Below are positions 29,520 to 41,773 of a stretch of 64,000 nt of DNA, in pieces (positions within the stretch are counted from its first letter, which is position 1; each line of letters begins with the position of its first letter). The DNA lies in contig JAIHAN010000001.1 of the NCBI GenBank assembly GCA_020054815.1, positions 5,836 through 69,835 on the forward strand, given 5' to 3'. Below the pieces are notes generated by a model. That model saw nothing but the letters and a program-made list of their open reading frames with translations, was not told where the DNA came from and did no database searches. The translations under genes and the position numbers were made by a program. The stretch is from Peptococcaceae bacterium. GTDB taxonomy: Bacteria; Bacillota; Peptococcia; DRI-13.

Positions 29520-29546
29520 ATTCGACAATAGGTCAAAACTTCCCTC
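29520..29546 (-). promoter_or_regulatory. Sigma-H-like promoter with overlapping 0A box
   Basis: AGGG-N18-GAAT; TGTCGAA at 29521-29527. Confidence 0.5.
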
Positions 29547-29562
29547 TTTTCACTATGAAAGA

Positions 29563-29588
29563 AAAAAGCGTGCCTGGCACGCTTTTTT
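29563..29588 (-). terminator. Intrinsic terminator after ybaK
   Basis: AAAAAAGCGTGC-CTG-GCACGCTTTTT. Confidence 0.75.
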
Positions 29589-29589
29589 G

Positions 29590-30078
29590 TTAACAGTAGC
29601 ATACATCACACATATTGCCCCTGGTAGCTGTCACTAATTGAGGCACAGTAATGGGTACCGCTGAATTGGCAGTACCGGCAGCAGCGTAGACTACAGAAAA
29701 CCTTTCAAGGCTCACATCAATGAAGACGGGAATCCTTGCAGGAACAGCAAAAGGGCAAACACCGCCCGGTGGAAAACCTGTTAAGGCCAATGCCTCTTCT
29801 GCCGAGGCGAAGCGTGGCTTAAAACCCGCAACTTCCTTAAGTTTCTTTTGATCCACCTTCATATCGCCACTGGTTACTACCAGCACGGCCTGACTATCTT
29901 TACCCACAAACACCAGGGTTTTGGCAATCTGCCCCACCTCAACCCCTAAAGCCTGGGCGGCCAGTTGGGAGGTATGGGTGCTTTCATTAAACAAGATGAT
30001 TTCCAGGGAGAAAGGCAGTGTCTTCATATACTCCCTGACCTTTTCCAAAGGGGACACCTTTATTTCCTCCTTAACCAT
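29590..30078 (-). CDS. YbaK/EbsC aminoacyl-tRNA deacylase family protein
   Basis: AAQALG..GQIAKTLVF, TGFPPGGVCPF, YAAAG. Confidence 0.88.
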   Translation of the reverse strand: MVKEEIKVSPLEKVREYMKTLPFSLEIILFNESTHTSQLAAQALGVEVGQIAKTLVFVGKDSQAVLVVTSGDMKVDQKKLKEVAGFKPRFASAEEALALTGFPPGGVCPFAVPARIPVFIDVSLERFSVVYAAAGTANSAVPITVPQLVTATRGNMCDVCYC

Positions 30079-30088
30079 GAAAATATGC

Positions 30089-30898
30089 TTATTTTAAGTT
30101 GCGATGGGCTTCATTGACGACTTCTTCTATTTTTTGCGGCCAGTGAATAGCCGGGGGAAGCCCCCCCTTCTCCAACCACAACAGATATTCAATGTTACCC
30201 TCTGGCCCCGTTATAGGTGAAAAATCGAGACCCCGGGGAATAAACTCTAACTCAAAAGCTGTCTGTATAATCTTTTCAATTACTTCCTTATGGATAGCCG
30301 GATCTCTTACTACACCTTTTTTGCCCACTTTTTCCCGGCCTGCTTCAAACTGGGGTTTGATTAAAGCCAGGACCCAGCCCCTTTCCTTTATAAAAGGCGT
30401 CAGCACGGGTAAAATTTTTTCCAGTGAAATAAAGGAGACATCAATAGTGATGACATCTACAAGTTCCGGAATAATCTCAGGGGTTAAGTACCTGGCATTC
30501 ATTCTTTCTAAATTTATTACCCGGGGATCCTGCCTGAGTGACCAATCCAGCTGGCCATAGCCCACATCAATGGCATAAACTTTCCCGGCGCCATTCTGTA
30601 AGGCGCAGTCGGTAAATCCACCGGTGGAGGCACCGATATCCATGACTACTTTTTCTTGCAAGTCTAAAGAAAACACGCGTAAGGCTTTTTCCAGTTTCAA
30701 GCCCCCACGGCTAACATAAGGCAGGATATTCCCTTTGATTTCCACAAGACTTGTACTGTCCACCAGTGTTCCCGGCTTATCAATCTTCACCTGGTTCACA
30801 TATACCAGACCTGCCATAATTAAAGCTTTGGCTTTCTCCCGGCTGGGAGCCAGGGCTTTTTCAACTAACAGCAGGTCCAAACGTTCCTTTTTCATCAT
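30089..30898 (-). CDS. tlyA: TlyA family rRNA methyltransferase
   Basis: S4 domain; YVSRGGLKL, DIGASTGGFTD, DVSFISL, KPQFE. Confidence 0.93.
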   Translation of the reverse strand: MMKKERLDLLLVEKALAPSREKAKALIMAGLVYVNQVKIDKPGTLVDSTSLVEIKGNILPYVSRGGLKLEKALRVFSLDLQEKVVMDIGASTGGFTDCALQNGAGKVYAIDVGYGQLDWSLRQDPRVINLERMNARYLTPEIIPELVDVITIDVSFISLEKILPVLTPFIKERGWVLALIKPQFEAGREKVGKKGVVRDPAIHKEVIEKIIQTAFELEFIPRGLDFSPITGPEGNIEYLLWLEKGGLPPAIHWPQKIEEVVNEAHRNLK

Positions 30899-30910
30899 TC
30901 ATCCCTGTCA

Positions 30911-32839
30911 TCAGCCTTGTTTATAGGCGAAGGTTAATGGCACTTTTTGCGGCTTTACTTTTTGTTCCGGCAAAGCAAAGTGACTTACAATTTGTTCAGC
31001 TATTTTTTCCGGCGTGAGCCCAATGGCCTCCTTTAAGATGTCTACCTTTCCATGGGTAACAAACTGGTCAGGAACACCAATATTCAATACTTTAACACCG
31101 TTGATACCGGAGTGCGTCAATAACTCCAGGACCCCGCTGCCAAACCCGCCGGCAATGACATTCTCTTCCATGGTCACCAGGCAGGCATGGGTTTGGGCCA
31201 ATTCAACGATTAATTCCTGGTCTAAGGGCTTAATAAATCTGCCGTTAACCACTGTACAACGGATACCTTTATATTCCAGGATCTTTTTCACCGTTAAGGC
31301 GGGATAAACCATGGAACCAACGGCAAGGATAGCCAAATCGTCACCTTTAGCCAGGATTTCCCCTTTCCCCCAGGGAAGGAGCCTGAAATCCTCGCTGATT
31401 TCCACACCTATGCCGGCCCCGCGGGGGTAACGGATGGCTACCGGTCCTTCATACTGTAAAGCGGTATAAAGCATATGGCGCAGTTCTTCTTCATCTTTGG
31501 GCGCTAACACAGCCATTCCAGGGATATGTCTCAGATATGAATAATCAAAGACGCCATGGTGGGTGGGTCCATCCTCACCCACAAGACCGCCCCGGTCAAT
31601 GGCAAAAAGCACAGGTGCTTTTTGCAGGCAGACATCATGGAGGATCTGGTCATAAGCCCTTTGCAGGAAAGTAGAATAGATAGCCACTACCGGCCGCAAC
31701 CCCTCCAGAGCCATGGCGGAGGCCATGGTCACAGCATGCTGTTCGGCAATCCCTACATCGTAAAAACGCTGAGGATGCTTGTTGGCAAAAGAATTTAGTC
31801 CAGTCCCCTCGGGCATCGCTGCTGTGATGGCAATAATTCGCTGGTCTTTTTCGGCCAGCTCAGTGATTGTTTCACTAAAAATGCTGGTATAGGATGGCGG
31901 CCCCGGATTTTTTATAATACGGCCTGTTTTTAGTTCAAAAGGAGCAACGCCGTGAAAGACAGCAGGATTAGAAACAGCCGGTTCATATCCTCTCCCTTTT
32001 TGGGTAATGACATGGAGCAGCACGGGACCTTTAAGTTTTTTCGCTTTCCGTAACACCATAGAAATTTCGGGGATATTATGCCCATCAATAGGGCCTAAAT
32101 AGGTAAAGCCCAATTCTTCAAATAAAATTCCCGGTACTAAGAGGTATTTCAAGCTGTCTTTTACCCTTTCTACAGCTTTCACCACAGTAGCCCCAATGGC
32201 CGGCACTTTTTTCAAAATATACTCAATATCCTCTTTTCGTTTCGTATACATGGGGTCTGCCCGTAAACGGCTTAAATAGGAAGACATGGCCCCCACATTC
32301 TGGGCAATGGACATTTCATTATCATTTAAAATGACTAATAAATCTGCCCCTAAATGGCCGGCATGATTTAAGGCTTCAAAAGCCATCCCTCCGGTCATGG
32401 CTCCATCGCCGATAACGGCCACCACTTCATAATCCAGGCCCAGTTTATCACGGGCCTGGGCAAATCCCAAAGCTGCCGAGATGGAGGTGCTGCTATGTCC
32501 CGTAGCAAAAACATCATGTGCACTTTCCTCCCGTTTGGGGAAACCTGATATTCCTCCATACTGGCGCAGCGTGGAAAATTCTTCTCTCCTCCCGGTTAAA
32601 ATCTTATGGACATAAGATTGATGCCCCACATCCCAGACAATTTTGTCCTGGGGGGAATTATAAACATAATGCAGGGCTAAGGTCAATTCCACCACACCCA
32701 GGCTGGGCGCAAGATGTCCGCCCGTAACCGAGACAGTCTCCACGATCAGCTGCCGGATTTCTTTGGCGATTTCATTTAACTGCTGCATAGAATATTTTTT
32801 AATGTCTTGCGGCTTATTAATCTCTTTAAGTAGTCCCAT
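30911..32839 (-). CDS. dxs: 1-deoxy-D-xylulose-5-phosphate synthase
   Basis: [23 protein letters not shown]...NDN, GIAEQHA, DGPTHHG; start at ATG 32839. Confidence 0.97.
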   Translation of the reverse strand: MGLLKEINKPQDIKKYSMQQLNEIAKEIRQLIVETVSVTGGHLAPSLGVVELTLALHYVYNSPQDKIVWDVGHQSYVHKILTGRREEFSTLRQYGGISGFPKREESAHDVFATGHSSTSISAALGFAQARDKLGLDYEVVAVIGDGAMTGGMAFEALNHAGHLGADLLVILNDNEMSIAQNVGAMSSYLSRLRADPMYTKRKEDIEYILKKVPAIGATVVKAVERVKDSLKYLLVPGILFEELGFTYLGPIDGHNIPEISMVLRKAKKLKGPVLLHVITQKGRGYEPAVSNPAVFHGVAPFELKTGRIIKNPGPPSYTSIFSETITELAEKDQRIIAITAAMPEGTGLNSFANKHPQRFYDVGIAEQHAVTMASAMALEGLRPVVAIYSTFLQRAYDQILHDVCLQKAPVLFAIDRGGLVGEDGPTHHGVFDYSYLRHIPGMAVLAPKDEEELRHMLYTALQYEGPVAIRYPRGAGIGVEISEDFRLLPWGKGEILAKGDDLAILAVGSMVYPALTVKKILEYKGIRCTVVNGRFIKPLDQELIVELAQTHACLVTMEENVIAGGFGSGVLELLTHSGINGVKVLNIGVPDQFVTHGKVDILKEAIGLTPEKIAEQIVSHFALPEQKVKPQKVPLTFAYKQG

Positions 32840-32874
32840 CTCATTCACCTGCCTCTTAACCCGCAATAGGAACA

Positions 32875-33318
32875 CTATAAAAACAGGCCAACCAAAAGCC
32901 CCAGTAAAGCCCCCATCAACACTTCGAAGGGGGTATGCCCGATAAGTTCTTTGAGACGTTCTTCTGATATTTGCGTGCCATGGTAGATATCACTAATAAT
33001 CTGATTGATCACTTCGGCTTGTTTTCCGGCAGCCCTGCGTACACCGGCGGCGTCATACATCACTATGGCGGCAAAAGCAAGAGCCATGGCAAAAATGGGA
33101 GAATCCCAGCCCAGGTCCTGTCCGATGCTAACTGCCAAAGCAGTAACAAGGGCGGAATGGGCACTGGGCATCCCTCCGGCACCGACGAAGCGCGTCCAAT
33201 CCAGTTTACCATGAACAAACACAGTGGTGATGACTTTGAGAATTTGGGCAATAATCCAGGCAGAAAAGGTTACCTTAAAAACATGATTATTAGCAATACC
33301 GTGGAAAAAATCTTGCAT
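32875..33318 (-). CDS. Divergent PAP2 family protein (DUF212)
   Basis: [29 protein letters not shown]. Confidence 0.9.
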   Translation of the reverse strand: MQDFFHGIANNHVFKVTFSAWIIAQILKVITTVFVHGKLDWTRFVGAGGMPSAHSALVTALAVSIGQDLGWDSPIFAMALAFAAIVMYDAAGVRRAAGKQAEVINQIISDIYHGTQISEERLKELIGHTPFEVLMGALLGLLVGLFL

Positions 33319-33349
33319 CTATCTCCATCCAATCCTTATATCTAGCGTT

Positions 33350-34237
33350 TTACGTTTCCCGTTCGTAGAGATACCTGGCCAGTAATTCCAACGGTTTTGT
33401 CTCACCGGGCAGTGGTTTCAGGCTGGCTATGGCCTTTTCTACCGCTTCTTTAGCCAGCTTTCGTGATTCTTCCAGTCCATAAAGCACAGGATAAGTGGCT
33501 TTTTGATTTCTGGAATCACTGCCCACGGGTTTACCTAACTTACTTTCTTCCCCCACCACATCCAGAATATCATCTGTGATTTGGAAGGCCAAACCAAAGT
33601 TCTCGGCATAGTTCGTTAAGGCCTCAAGATACAGAGGCTCGGCTTCAGACAACAAGGCGCCCGCCCGCAAGGAAGCGCGGAACAGGGCTCCCGTTTTGTG
33701 GCTGTGAATATAAACTAAGGTCTTTTCATCAATATTCTTGCCTTCTGACTGCAGATCTACTACTTGTCCACCAATCATGCCTAAAGTTCCCGAGGCTCTT
33801 GCAATCTCACTTATCACCTGGAGCACACTTTGGGCATTAAAGTTGGCATACCCATAGCGGGCCATCACTTCAAAGGCCAGGGTAAGCAGGGCAGCACCGG
33901 CTAAAATAGCTATCCCTTCACCGTAAACCTTATGATTGGTGAGCTTGCCGCGGCGATAGTCATCATTGTCCATAGCCGGAAGGTCATCGTGAATAAGGGA
34001 GTACGTATGTATCATTTCTAAAGCACAAGCTATTGGCAAAAGCTTATGGCTTTCTACCCCCACGGCCTCGGCCCCTGCCAGGCAGAGAATGGGCCTGAGC
34101 CTTTTACCGCCGGCAAACACGCTGTAGCGCATGGCTTCGTGTACAACATTAGGATATACAGCCTCCTGGGGCAGCAGGGCCTGTAACGTTTCCTCGACTA
34201 CTTGGGCTCTTTCTTTTAGGTAGCATTGCAAATCCAT
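33350..34237 (-). CDS. ispA: Farnesyl/geranyl diphosphate synthase
   Basis: GGKRLRP, HDDLPAMDNDDYRRG, FQITDDILD. Confidence 0.93.
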   Translation of the reverse strand: MDLQCYLKERAQVVEETLQALLPQEAVYPNVVHEAMRYSVFAGGKRLRPILCLAGAEAVGVESHKLLPIACALEMIHTYSLIHDDLPAMDNDDYRRGKLTNHKVYGEGIAILAGAALLTLAFEVMARYGYANFNAQSVLQVISEIARASGTLGMIGGQVVDLQSEGKNIDEKTLVYIHSHKTGALFRASLRAGALLSEAEPLYLEALTNYAENFGLAFQITDDILDVVGEESKLGKPVGSDSRNQKATYPVLYGLEESRKLAKEAVEKAIASLKPLPGETKPLELLARYLYERET

Positions 34238-34239
34238 GC

Positions 34240-34470
34240 TTACTCCTCCCTGTACTCTTCCGTCACATCTTTAAGCTGTCCGTCCTGGGTCAATACCTGT
34301 ATCTTTTGCGCCACGCGGTCCAACTGCTGCTGGCATATTCTTACCAGGCCGATTCCCTCTTCAAAATAAGTGAGCCCTTCCTCTAAACTAATATCGCCCT
34401 GTTCCAGGCGCCGTACGATTTCTTCCAACCTTTTAATATTTTCTTCGTAGGTTGCCTTCCGGTTAGTCAC
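34240..34470 (-). CDS. xseB: Exodeoxyribonuclease VII small subunit
   Basis: YEE...LEEIVRRLE.G..SLEE....FEEG. Confidence 0.92.
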   Translation of the reverse strand: MTNRKATYEENIKRLEEIVRRLEQGDISLEEGLTYFEEGIGLVRICQQQLDRVAQKIQVLTQDGQLKDVTEEYREE

Positions 34471-35677
34471 ACTCTTCCTCCTTTGCCACCACGATACAGC
34501 CGAGAGAACCTTTATATAACCGGACCTTTACCTGTTCATTGATCGAAACATGCCTGGCCTCAGTCACTATTTTCCCTTCACTGTTTTGGCAAAGACTGTA
34601 CCCTCTCCCCAGCGTAGCCAGGGGACTCAGGGCATGCAGCCTGCCGGCAATCACGTGCAAATGATATTCTGCTTTGCCATGCAATTCCCTGGTGCTTTTA
34701 TAGAGTGAGCTTTCACATCTGCTTAAATAATCTTGATAGCGGTTTAACCAGCGTTCCGGTTTTTTCATAACCCCCGCTTCTTTGAGATAAGCTAAGCGCA
34801 TGTTCTCACGCTCCATCCGCCCTCTCGCTGCCCGCAATAATCTTTCCTTATACTTGGAAAGGGAATTTTCCAATTCCCAACGTACAGGTACTACAAGTTC
34901 TCCGGCCATAGAAGGAGTAGCCGCCCTTACATCGGCCACCAGGTCAGTAATGGTCCAGTCTATTTCGTGGCCAATAGCCGAAACGATGGGTTTCGTAGAG
35001 GCAAAAACAGCATCAGCAACGCTCTCTACATTAAACACACTAAGGTCTTCGGCGGAGCCGCCTCCTCTGGCCACGATGATTACATCTATTTCCTTTCTCC
35101 CATTTAAAGCCCTGATTCCCTCTACTATGCTTTGGGCCGCCTTTTCACCCTGAACCCCTGCGGGAAATAAAATAACCGGCATACCCGGGTACCTTTTTTG
35201 TACAACTCTATATATGTCCCTAATGGCAGCTCCCGCAGGTGATGTAACCACACCTATGGCCCCGGGCAGATAGGGTATGGGTTTTTTACGTTCCGGAGCA
35301 AAATATCCTTTTTTCTGTAATTTTTCTTTTAATTCCGCTAAGGCTAAAGCCTGCAAGCCCACACCCGCCGGAATAATCTCTTCTGCATAGAGCTGTACCA
35401 CAGTATCTTTGGGATACAATGACACATAACCCCTGACCAGGCAATCCATACCATCTTTGGGCAAAAAATTCAAACGCCAGGTCTTGCTTTTAAACATCAC
35501 GGCACGAAGCGTACATTCCTTGTCTTTTAAAGAAAAGTAGAAATGGCCTGTGGGATGATGCTTAAAATTAGATATTTCCCCTCTTATCCAGAGATTAGAT
35601 AAGAGGGGATCATCATCCAGCAGTTTTTGAATATGAAAGGAAACTTCACTAACGGTTAGAATCTTATTTCCGCGCAT
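34463..35677 (-). CDS. xseA: Exodeoxyribonuclease VII large subunit
   Basis: [39 protein letters not shown]. Confidence 0.95.
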   Translation of the reverse strand: MRGNKILTVSEVSFHIQKLLDDDPLLSNLWIRGEISNFKHHPTGHFYFSLKDKECTLRAVMFKSKTWRLNFLPKDGMDCLVRGYVSLYPKDTVVQLYAEEIIPAGVGLQALALAELKEKLQKKGYFAPERKKPIPYLPGAIGVVTSPAGAAIRDIYRVVQKRYPGMPVILFPAGVQGEKAAQSIVEGIRALNGRKEIDVIIVARGGGSAEDLSVFNVESVADAVFASTKPIVSAIGHEIDWTITDLVADVRAATPSMAGELVVPVRWELENSLSKYKERLLRAARGRMERENMRLAYLKEAGVMKKPERWLNRYQDYLSRCESSLYKSTRELHGKAEYHLHVIAGRLHALSPLATLGRGYSLCQNSEGKIVTEARHVSINEQVKVRLYKGSLGCIVVAKEEECD

Positions 35678-36521
35678 AATTAATAGCCTCAAGTGTATTG
35701 AAAAGCAGCATGGTAATGGTCATGGGTCCCACCCCGCCGGGTACCGGCGTAATCCAGCCGGCCACCTCCGCAGCCGAGGAAAAGTCCACATCGCCCACTA
35801 ACTTCCCCGTGGGCAAGCGGTTGATGCCCACATCCAGAACAACTGCCCCCGGTTTCACCATCTCACCGGTAATAAAATTGGGCTTCCCTACAGCTACCAC
35901 CAGGATGTCGGCAGCCTTCGTTATCTCGGAGAGATTCTTAGTACGGGAATGACAAATGGTCACTGTGGCATGTTCCTGAAGGAGTAAGGCCGCCATGGGT
36001 TTCCCCACAATATTACTGCGTCCCACCACTACCGCCTGTTTACCGGCGATGTCCAAACCAAGTTCCTGTAATATTTTCAGGCAGCCATAAGGCGTACAGG
36101 GAACTAAACGGGGACTCCCAATAAAAAGCTGCCCCATATTAAGGGGATGAAAACCATCCACATCTTTATCCGGGCTGATAGCCAGGATGATTTTTTCTTC
36201 ATGAATATGTTTGGGTAAAGGAAGCTGTACCAAAATCCCATGAATATCAGGTCTGGCATTAAGCTCTTCCACCAGGGCCAGCAGTTCCGCCTCCGAAGTG
36301 GAGGCAGGCAGTTTTATGACTTCAGATTTAATACCCACTTCCTGGCAAGCCTTAGCCTTATGCCCCACATAAACCTGAGAGGCCGGGTCCTCACCCACGA
36401 GCACCACAGCTAAACCGGGCAATATTCCCTGGCTCTTTAAGGCTTTCACCCTTTCCATAATGGCTTCTCTAAGCTTAAGAGCAATGGCCTTACCGTCAAT
36501 CACTTGTCCGGGCATGAGCAT
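35664..36521 (-). CDS. folD: Methylenetetrahydrofolate dehydrogenase/cyclohydrolase
   Basis: [41 protein letters not shown]. Confidence 0.96.
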   Translation of the reverse strand: MLMPGQVIDGKAIALKLREAIMERVKALKSQGILPGLAVVLVGEDPASQVYVGHKAKACQEVGIKSEVIKLPASTSEAELLALVEELNARPDIHGILVQLPLPKHIHEEKIILAISPDKDVDGFHPLNMGQLFIGSPRLVPCTPYGCLKILQELGLDIAGKQAVVVGRSNIVGKPMAALLLQEHATVTICHSRTKNLSEITKAADILVVAVGKPNFITGEMVKPGAVVLDVGINRLPTGKLVGDVDFSSAAEVAGWITPVPGGVGPMTITMLLFNTLEAINYARK

Positions 36522-36549
36522 CCTCCCTCATACTTGTTTCGTTTAACGC

Positions 36550-36704
36550 AAACCGTAAACCGCGAACGGTGAACAGTAGTAGTAAACGTTTTCCGCTTTC
36601 CGACATCCGACTTCCGATTATTCAGTGACCACAGACCAGTGTCCGGAGTCCGGTTCATAAACTGGTCACAGGTCACCGGTCACTGCTAACAAACTGCGAA
36701 CTGT
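36550..36704. repeat. Composite heptamer-repeat array A (five blocks), between nfnB and folD
   Basis: aaaccgt aaaccgc gaacggt gaacagt | ttccgct ttccgac atccgac ttccgat | cagtgac cacagac cagtgtc cggagtc | actggtc acaggtc accggtc actg | aaactgc gaactgt. Confidence 0.9.
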
Positions 36705-36706
36705 AC

Positions 36707-38931
<2,225 letters not shown>

Positions 38932-38944
38932 TCCTCATTCCTCC

Positions 38945-39910
38945 TTAATTTTTGCTCCTGTCCCGGGCAATCAGACTCACACCTACTGCGTTATCACTGC
39001 TGAATTTGGGCTCAGGAAAATACAGTTCTGCGCCAACAGCCGGGTGCTGTAAGCGTGTCTTAAGCCTTTCCCGGATATATTGGTTGGCTGCTACCCCTCC
39101 CACCAGTAAGACGCGGGTGGTTTTCAACTCCCTCAGAGCAGGGCGTATGATTTTTTCTAAGGATAAGGCAATACAGTGTTCCACTGCCCTGGCTACAGCG
39201 GCTGGTGTCTCTCTTTTCTGCAGCATTTTTTTGGCCATTGTTTCCGCTCCGGAAAAACTTACATTATACCCCTTGACATAGGAAGGTATCATAATCTCAT
39301 GTTTCTCCCCGCACTGGGCAGCTAATTTTTCCAGATGAGGTCCTGCGGGAAAGGGAAGCCCCATAGCCACACCTACCCGGTCGATAAGCTGGCCTGCGTG
39401 AATATCTAAGGATGCACCCAAAGTCTCCACCAGGTATTCCCCGGGATTTTCTCTTTTGGCCTGTACGGCCAGGAATTCCGTAGTTCCTCCTGAAAGATGT
39501 ACCACAAGAAAGCTGTCCCAGTCCTCTGCTTTCGCAGACCAGAGACCGGCCTTCACATGCCCCTCCTGGTGACTGGTTTTAAATAAAGGAATCCTGAGCA
39601 GGTTGGCAAAGCTTTCCGCAAAAGACAATCCTGCCGTAAAAACGGGCATATAGGAATCTTCGCGGGGCCTGGGTCGGGAGCTTACACCGATAGCTTTAAT
39701 ATCCCGGACAGGAATATTTTCAAACAAGTTGTACGTCAATTCAGGCAGGTTCTTTAGATGCTGAAAAAGGGCTGCCGATTGTCTCAGCCCTTGTTGGCCT
39801 TTAGGTACGGGTAATAATTTTCTCAGGTCTCTTAAGAGATTGCCCTCGTGATCCACTATGGCCAGGGAAGTGGTATAGCAACTTGTATCCACACCTAAAT
39901 AGATATCCAT
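38945..39910 (-). CDS. TsaD/Kae1-like paralogue
   Basis: LGVDTSCYTTS, HQEGH, HLSGGTTE, GQLIDRVG, GGVAAN, SDNA. Confidence 0.8.
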   Translation of the reverse strand: MDIYLGVDTSCYTTSLAIVDHEGNLLRDLRKLLPVPKGQQGLRQSAALFQHLKNLPELTYNLFENIPVRDIKAIGVSSRPRPREDSYMPVFTAGLSFAESFANLLRIPLFKTSHQEGHVKAGLWSAKAEDWDSFLVVHLSGGTTEFLAVQAKRENPGEYLVETLGASLDIHAGQLIDRVGVAMGLPFPAGPHLEKLAAQCGEKHEIMIPSYVKGYNVSFSGAETMAKKMLQKRETPAAVARAVEHCIALSLEKIIRPALRELKTTRVLLVGGVAANQYIRERLKTRLQHPAVGAELYFPEPKFSSDNAVGVSLIARDRSKN

Positions 39911-39913
39911 AGC

Positions 39914-40348
39914 CTATCCTTCTGTCTTCGCCACTTTCTTTTTTATTTCCGGTAAATGTTTAATTATATTGCCTAAAATCCCGTTGGTAAAGCGGGCTGA
40001 TTCTTCACTGCCATAGCTTTTGGCTAACTCTACCGCCTCATTGGTGGCTACAGCTTCCGGAACATTATCGGAATATAAAATTTCAAAAAGGGCCAAGCGC
40101 ATAATATTTCTATCCACAGTGGCCATTCTTTCCAATTCCCACTCCACGGCAAACTGCCTGATAATCTTATCAATCTCAGCCAGGTGAGCAACAACACCGT
40201 TGATTAAATACAAAGCAAAATTCTTGGTAGAGTCGTTAACATTTTCTTCTAGAACCAGTTGTTCCAGAGTGGTAATAGGCTCGTTGCCGCTAATGTCCCG
40301 TGCAAAGAGCGCTTTCAGGGCGAGTTCTCTAGCCAGCCGCCTTTTCAA
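39914..40348 (-). CDS. nusB: Transcription antitermination factor NusB
   Basis: RRLARELAL, W...R...VDRNIMR, NEAVELAK.YG...F.NGIL; start reassigned to TTG 40348. Confidence 0.93.
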   Translation of the reverse strand: MKRRLARELALKALFARDISGNEPITTLEQLVLEENVNDSTKNFALYLINGVVAHLAEIDKIIRQFAVEWELERMATVDRNIMRLALFEILYSDNVPEAVATNEAVELAKSYGSEESARFTNGILGNIIKHLPEIKKKVAKTEG

Positions 40349-40386
40349 AAAAGTTATCCCTCCTTTTGTTTCCCTTATACCACGGC

Positions 40387-40446
40387 ATAAGTGCAACTAA
40401 GGCTTCCGCCTACGCTTACGCTTGGCCCAAGCCAAGTTTTCTTTAT
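40387..40446. repeat. Roughly 60-nt structured REP-like element with two hairpins
   Basis: - strand: ATAAAGAAAA-CTTGGC(TTGG)GCCAAG-CGTAAGCGT-AGGC(GGAA)GCCT-TAGTTGCACTTAT. Confidence 0.55.
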
Positions 40447-40661
40447 CTCTCCCGGAAAATTCTTTCCATAACTTCTTTGAGACTTTCATTGTCATCTACA
40501 CGTTTACCGATAATATACCCTACATAGATGCAACACGCAATAAAAATTGTTTGTAAAAAGCCTACAGTAATGACAAGTATACTAAACAAAAGCCCGAAAA
40601 ATATACCAAAAATCTTTCCCCGGTGAAAGCGCATCAGTTCTGTTAATACTTTTTCCCACAT
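40443..40661 (-). CDS. DUF2273 small membrane protein
   Basis: HRGKIFG..FGL.......GF..T.......GY.IG...D; asp23 operon synteny. Confidence 0.85.
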   Translation of the reverse strand: MWEKVLTELMRFHRGKIFGIFFGLLFSILVITVGFLQTIFIACCIYVGYIIGKRVDDNESLKEVMERIFRER

Positions 40662-40672
40662 CTTACTACCCC

Positions 40673-41209
40673 CTATTCTACCCGGGCCTTATTTTCCCAG
40701 CTCACTTTATTAACCAGGACCCTTACTTCTTGGACGGTAGTGCCGGCGGTCTTCTGCATATAATCCCTGATGGTTTTCTGGAGATCAGCGGTAATATTGG
40801 GTATATTCACATCAGGCAGCACCTGTACTTTTAGTTGTATGGAGAGCCCGGTGGCTGTGTTATTGATAAACGGTTTGATATCCCTGATCCCGTGTACACT
40901 CTTAGCCGCTTTTAAAACTAAATGTTCCAGAGCAGGCAAAGTAATCCTGATTTGCCCCAGATTAGTTTCATGGATGGCCGTCTGCATGACGGGTTTCTTT
41001 TTAAAACTGCTTAAAAACAGGGTTAAGGAGGCTATAAAGACAAAGCCCCCTGTTAACCCAAGCACCCAGGGATTAGTACGATATAGGTAGTTCTCTACGT
41101 AGGTGACAGGGGTTGTCCAACCTAGAGCAGCCAAGACCAATACTACGGAAATCATTAAATACCCAAGGGACATAATACCAATAAACATGCGATCCCAATT
41201 ATAACCCAT
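40673..41209 (-). CDS. amaP: Alkaline shock response membrane anchor
   Basis: Two N-terminal TMs plus an Asp23-like C-domain; follows asp23. Confidence 0.8.
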   Translation of the reverse strand: MGYNWDRMFIGIMSLGYLMISVVLVLAALGWTTPVTYVENYLYRTNPWVLGLTGGFVFIASLTLFLSSFKKKPVMQTAIHETNLGQIRITLPALEHLVLKAAKSVHGIRDIKPFINNTATGLSIQLKVQVLPDVNIPNITADLQKTIRDYMQKTAGTTVQEVRVLVNKVSWENKARVE

Positions 41210-41271
41210 GCTAACCCTCCTCTTTTAGCAAAAGACCGTACATATAGTATCAGGCAGTTTACACTTTAAGG

Positions 41272-41298
41272 AAGTAGGCCCGGGGCAGGGGCCTACTT
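41272..41298 (-). terminator. Hairpin after asp23
   Basis: AAGTAGGCCCC...GGGGCCTACTT. Confidence 0.6.
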
Positions 41299-41299
41299 A

Positions 41300-41698
41300 T
41301 CATTTGACACGGGGTTCCTCATCGCGTAGTTCATGGGGAAAGGCTACCCCCTGAACATGCACATTAATCTCAACCACGCTTAATCCTGTCATGCTTTCTA
41401 TGGACTTTTTCACATTTCTTTGTATCTCATGGGCTACTTCCGGAATTCTCACCCCAAATTCCACAATCACAAATAAATCAACGGCGGCCTCCTTTTCTCC
41501 CACCTCTACCTTAACGCCTTTAGAGGGGTTCTTCTTACCAACCAGTTCTGCAATGCCTCCGACAATACCGCCACTCATACCTGCCACACCTTTAACTTCC
41601 GTTGCCGCCAAACCTGCAATAATAGCCACTACTTCATCAGCGATCTTAATCGAACCGACCTCAGTAAACGTCGTTTTTTCCGGCAGGTCCTTTTGCAT
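41300..41698 (-). CDS. Asp23/Gls24 family envelope stress protein (YqhY-like)
   Basis: IKIADEVVAIIAGLAATEVKGV...KGVKVEVG...IPEVA..IQ..VK..IESMTGL. Confidence 0.92.
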   Translation of the reverse strand: MQKDLPEKTTFTEVGSIKIADEVVAIIAGLAATEVKGVAGMSGGIVGGIAELVGKKNPSKGVKVEVGEKEAAVDLFVIVEFGVRIPEVAHEIQRNVKKSIESMTGLSVVEINVHVQGVAFPHELRDEEPRVK

Positions 41699-41730
41699 CT
41701 CAACTCCACCTCCCTCAGTCTACCTTGAAT

Positions 41731-41759
41731 ATTATACCAAATTCCCGGTGTCTTAACAA
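41731..41759 (-). promoter_or_regulatory. Sigma-A promoter (extended -10) of the asp23-nusB operon
   Basis: TTGTTA-N17-TATAAT with TG at -15/-14. Confidence 0.65.
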
Positions 41760-41773
41760 ATAATGGCCATATC

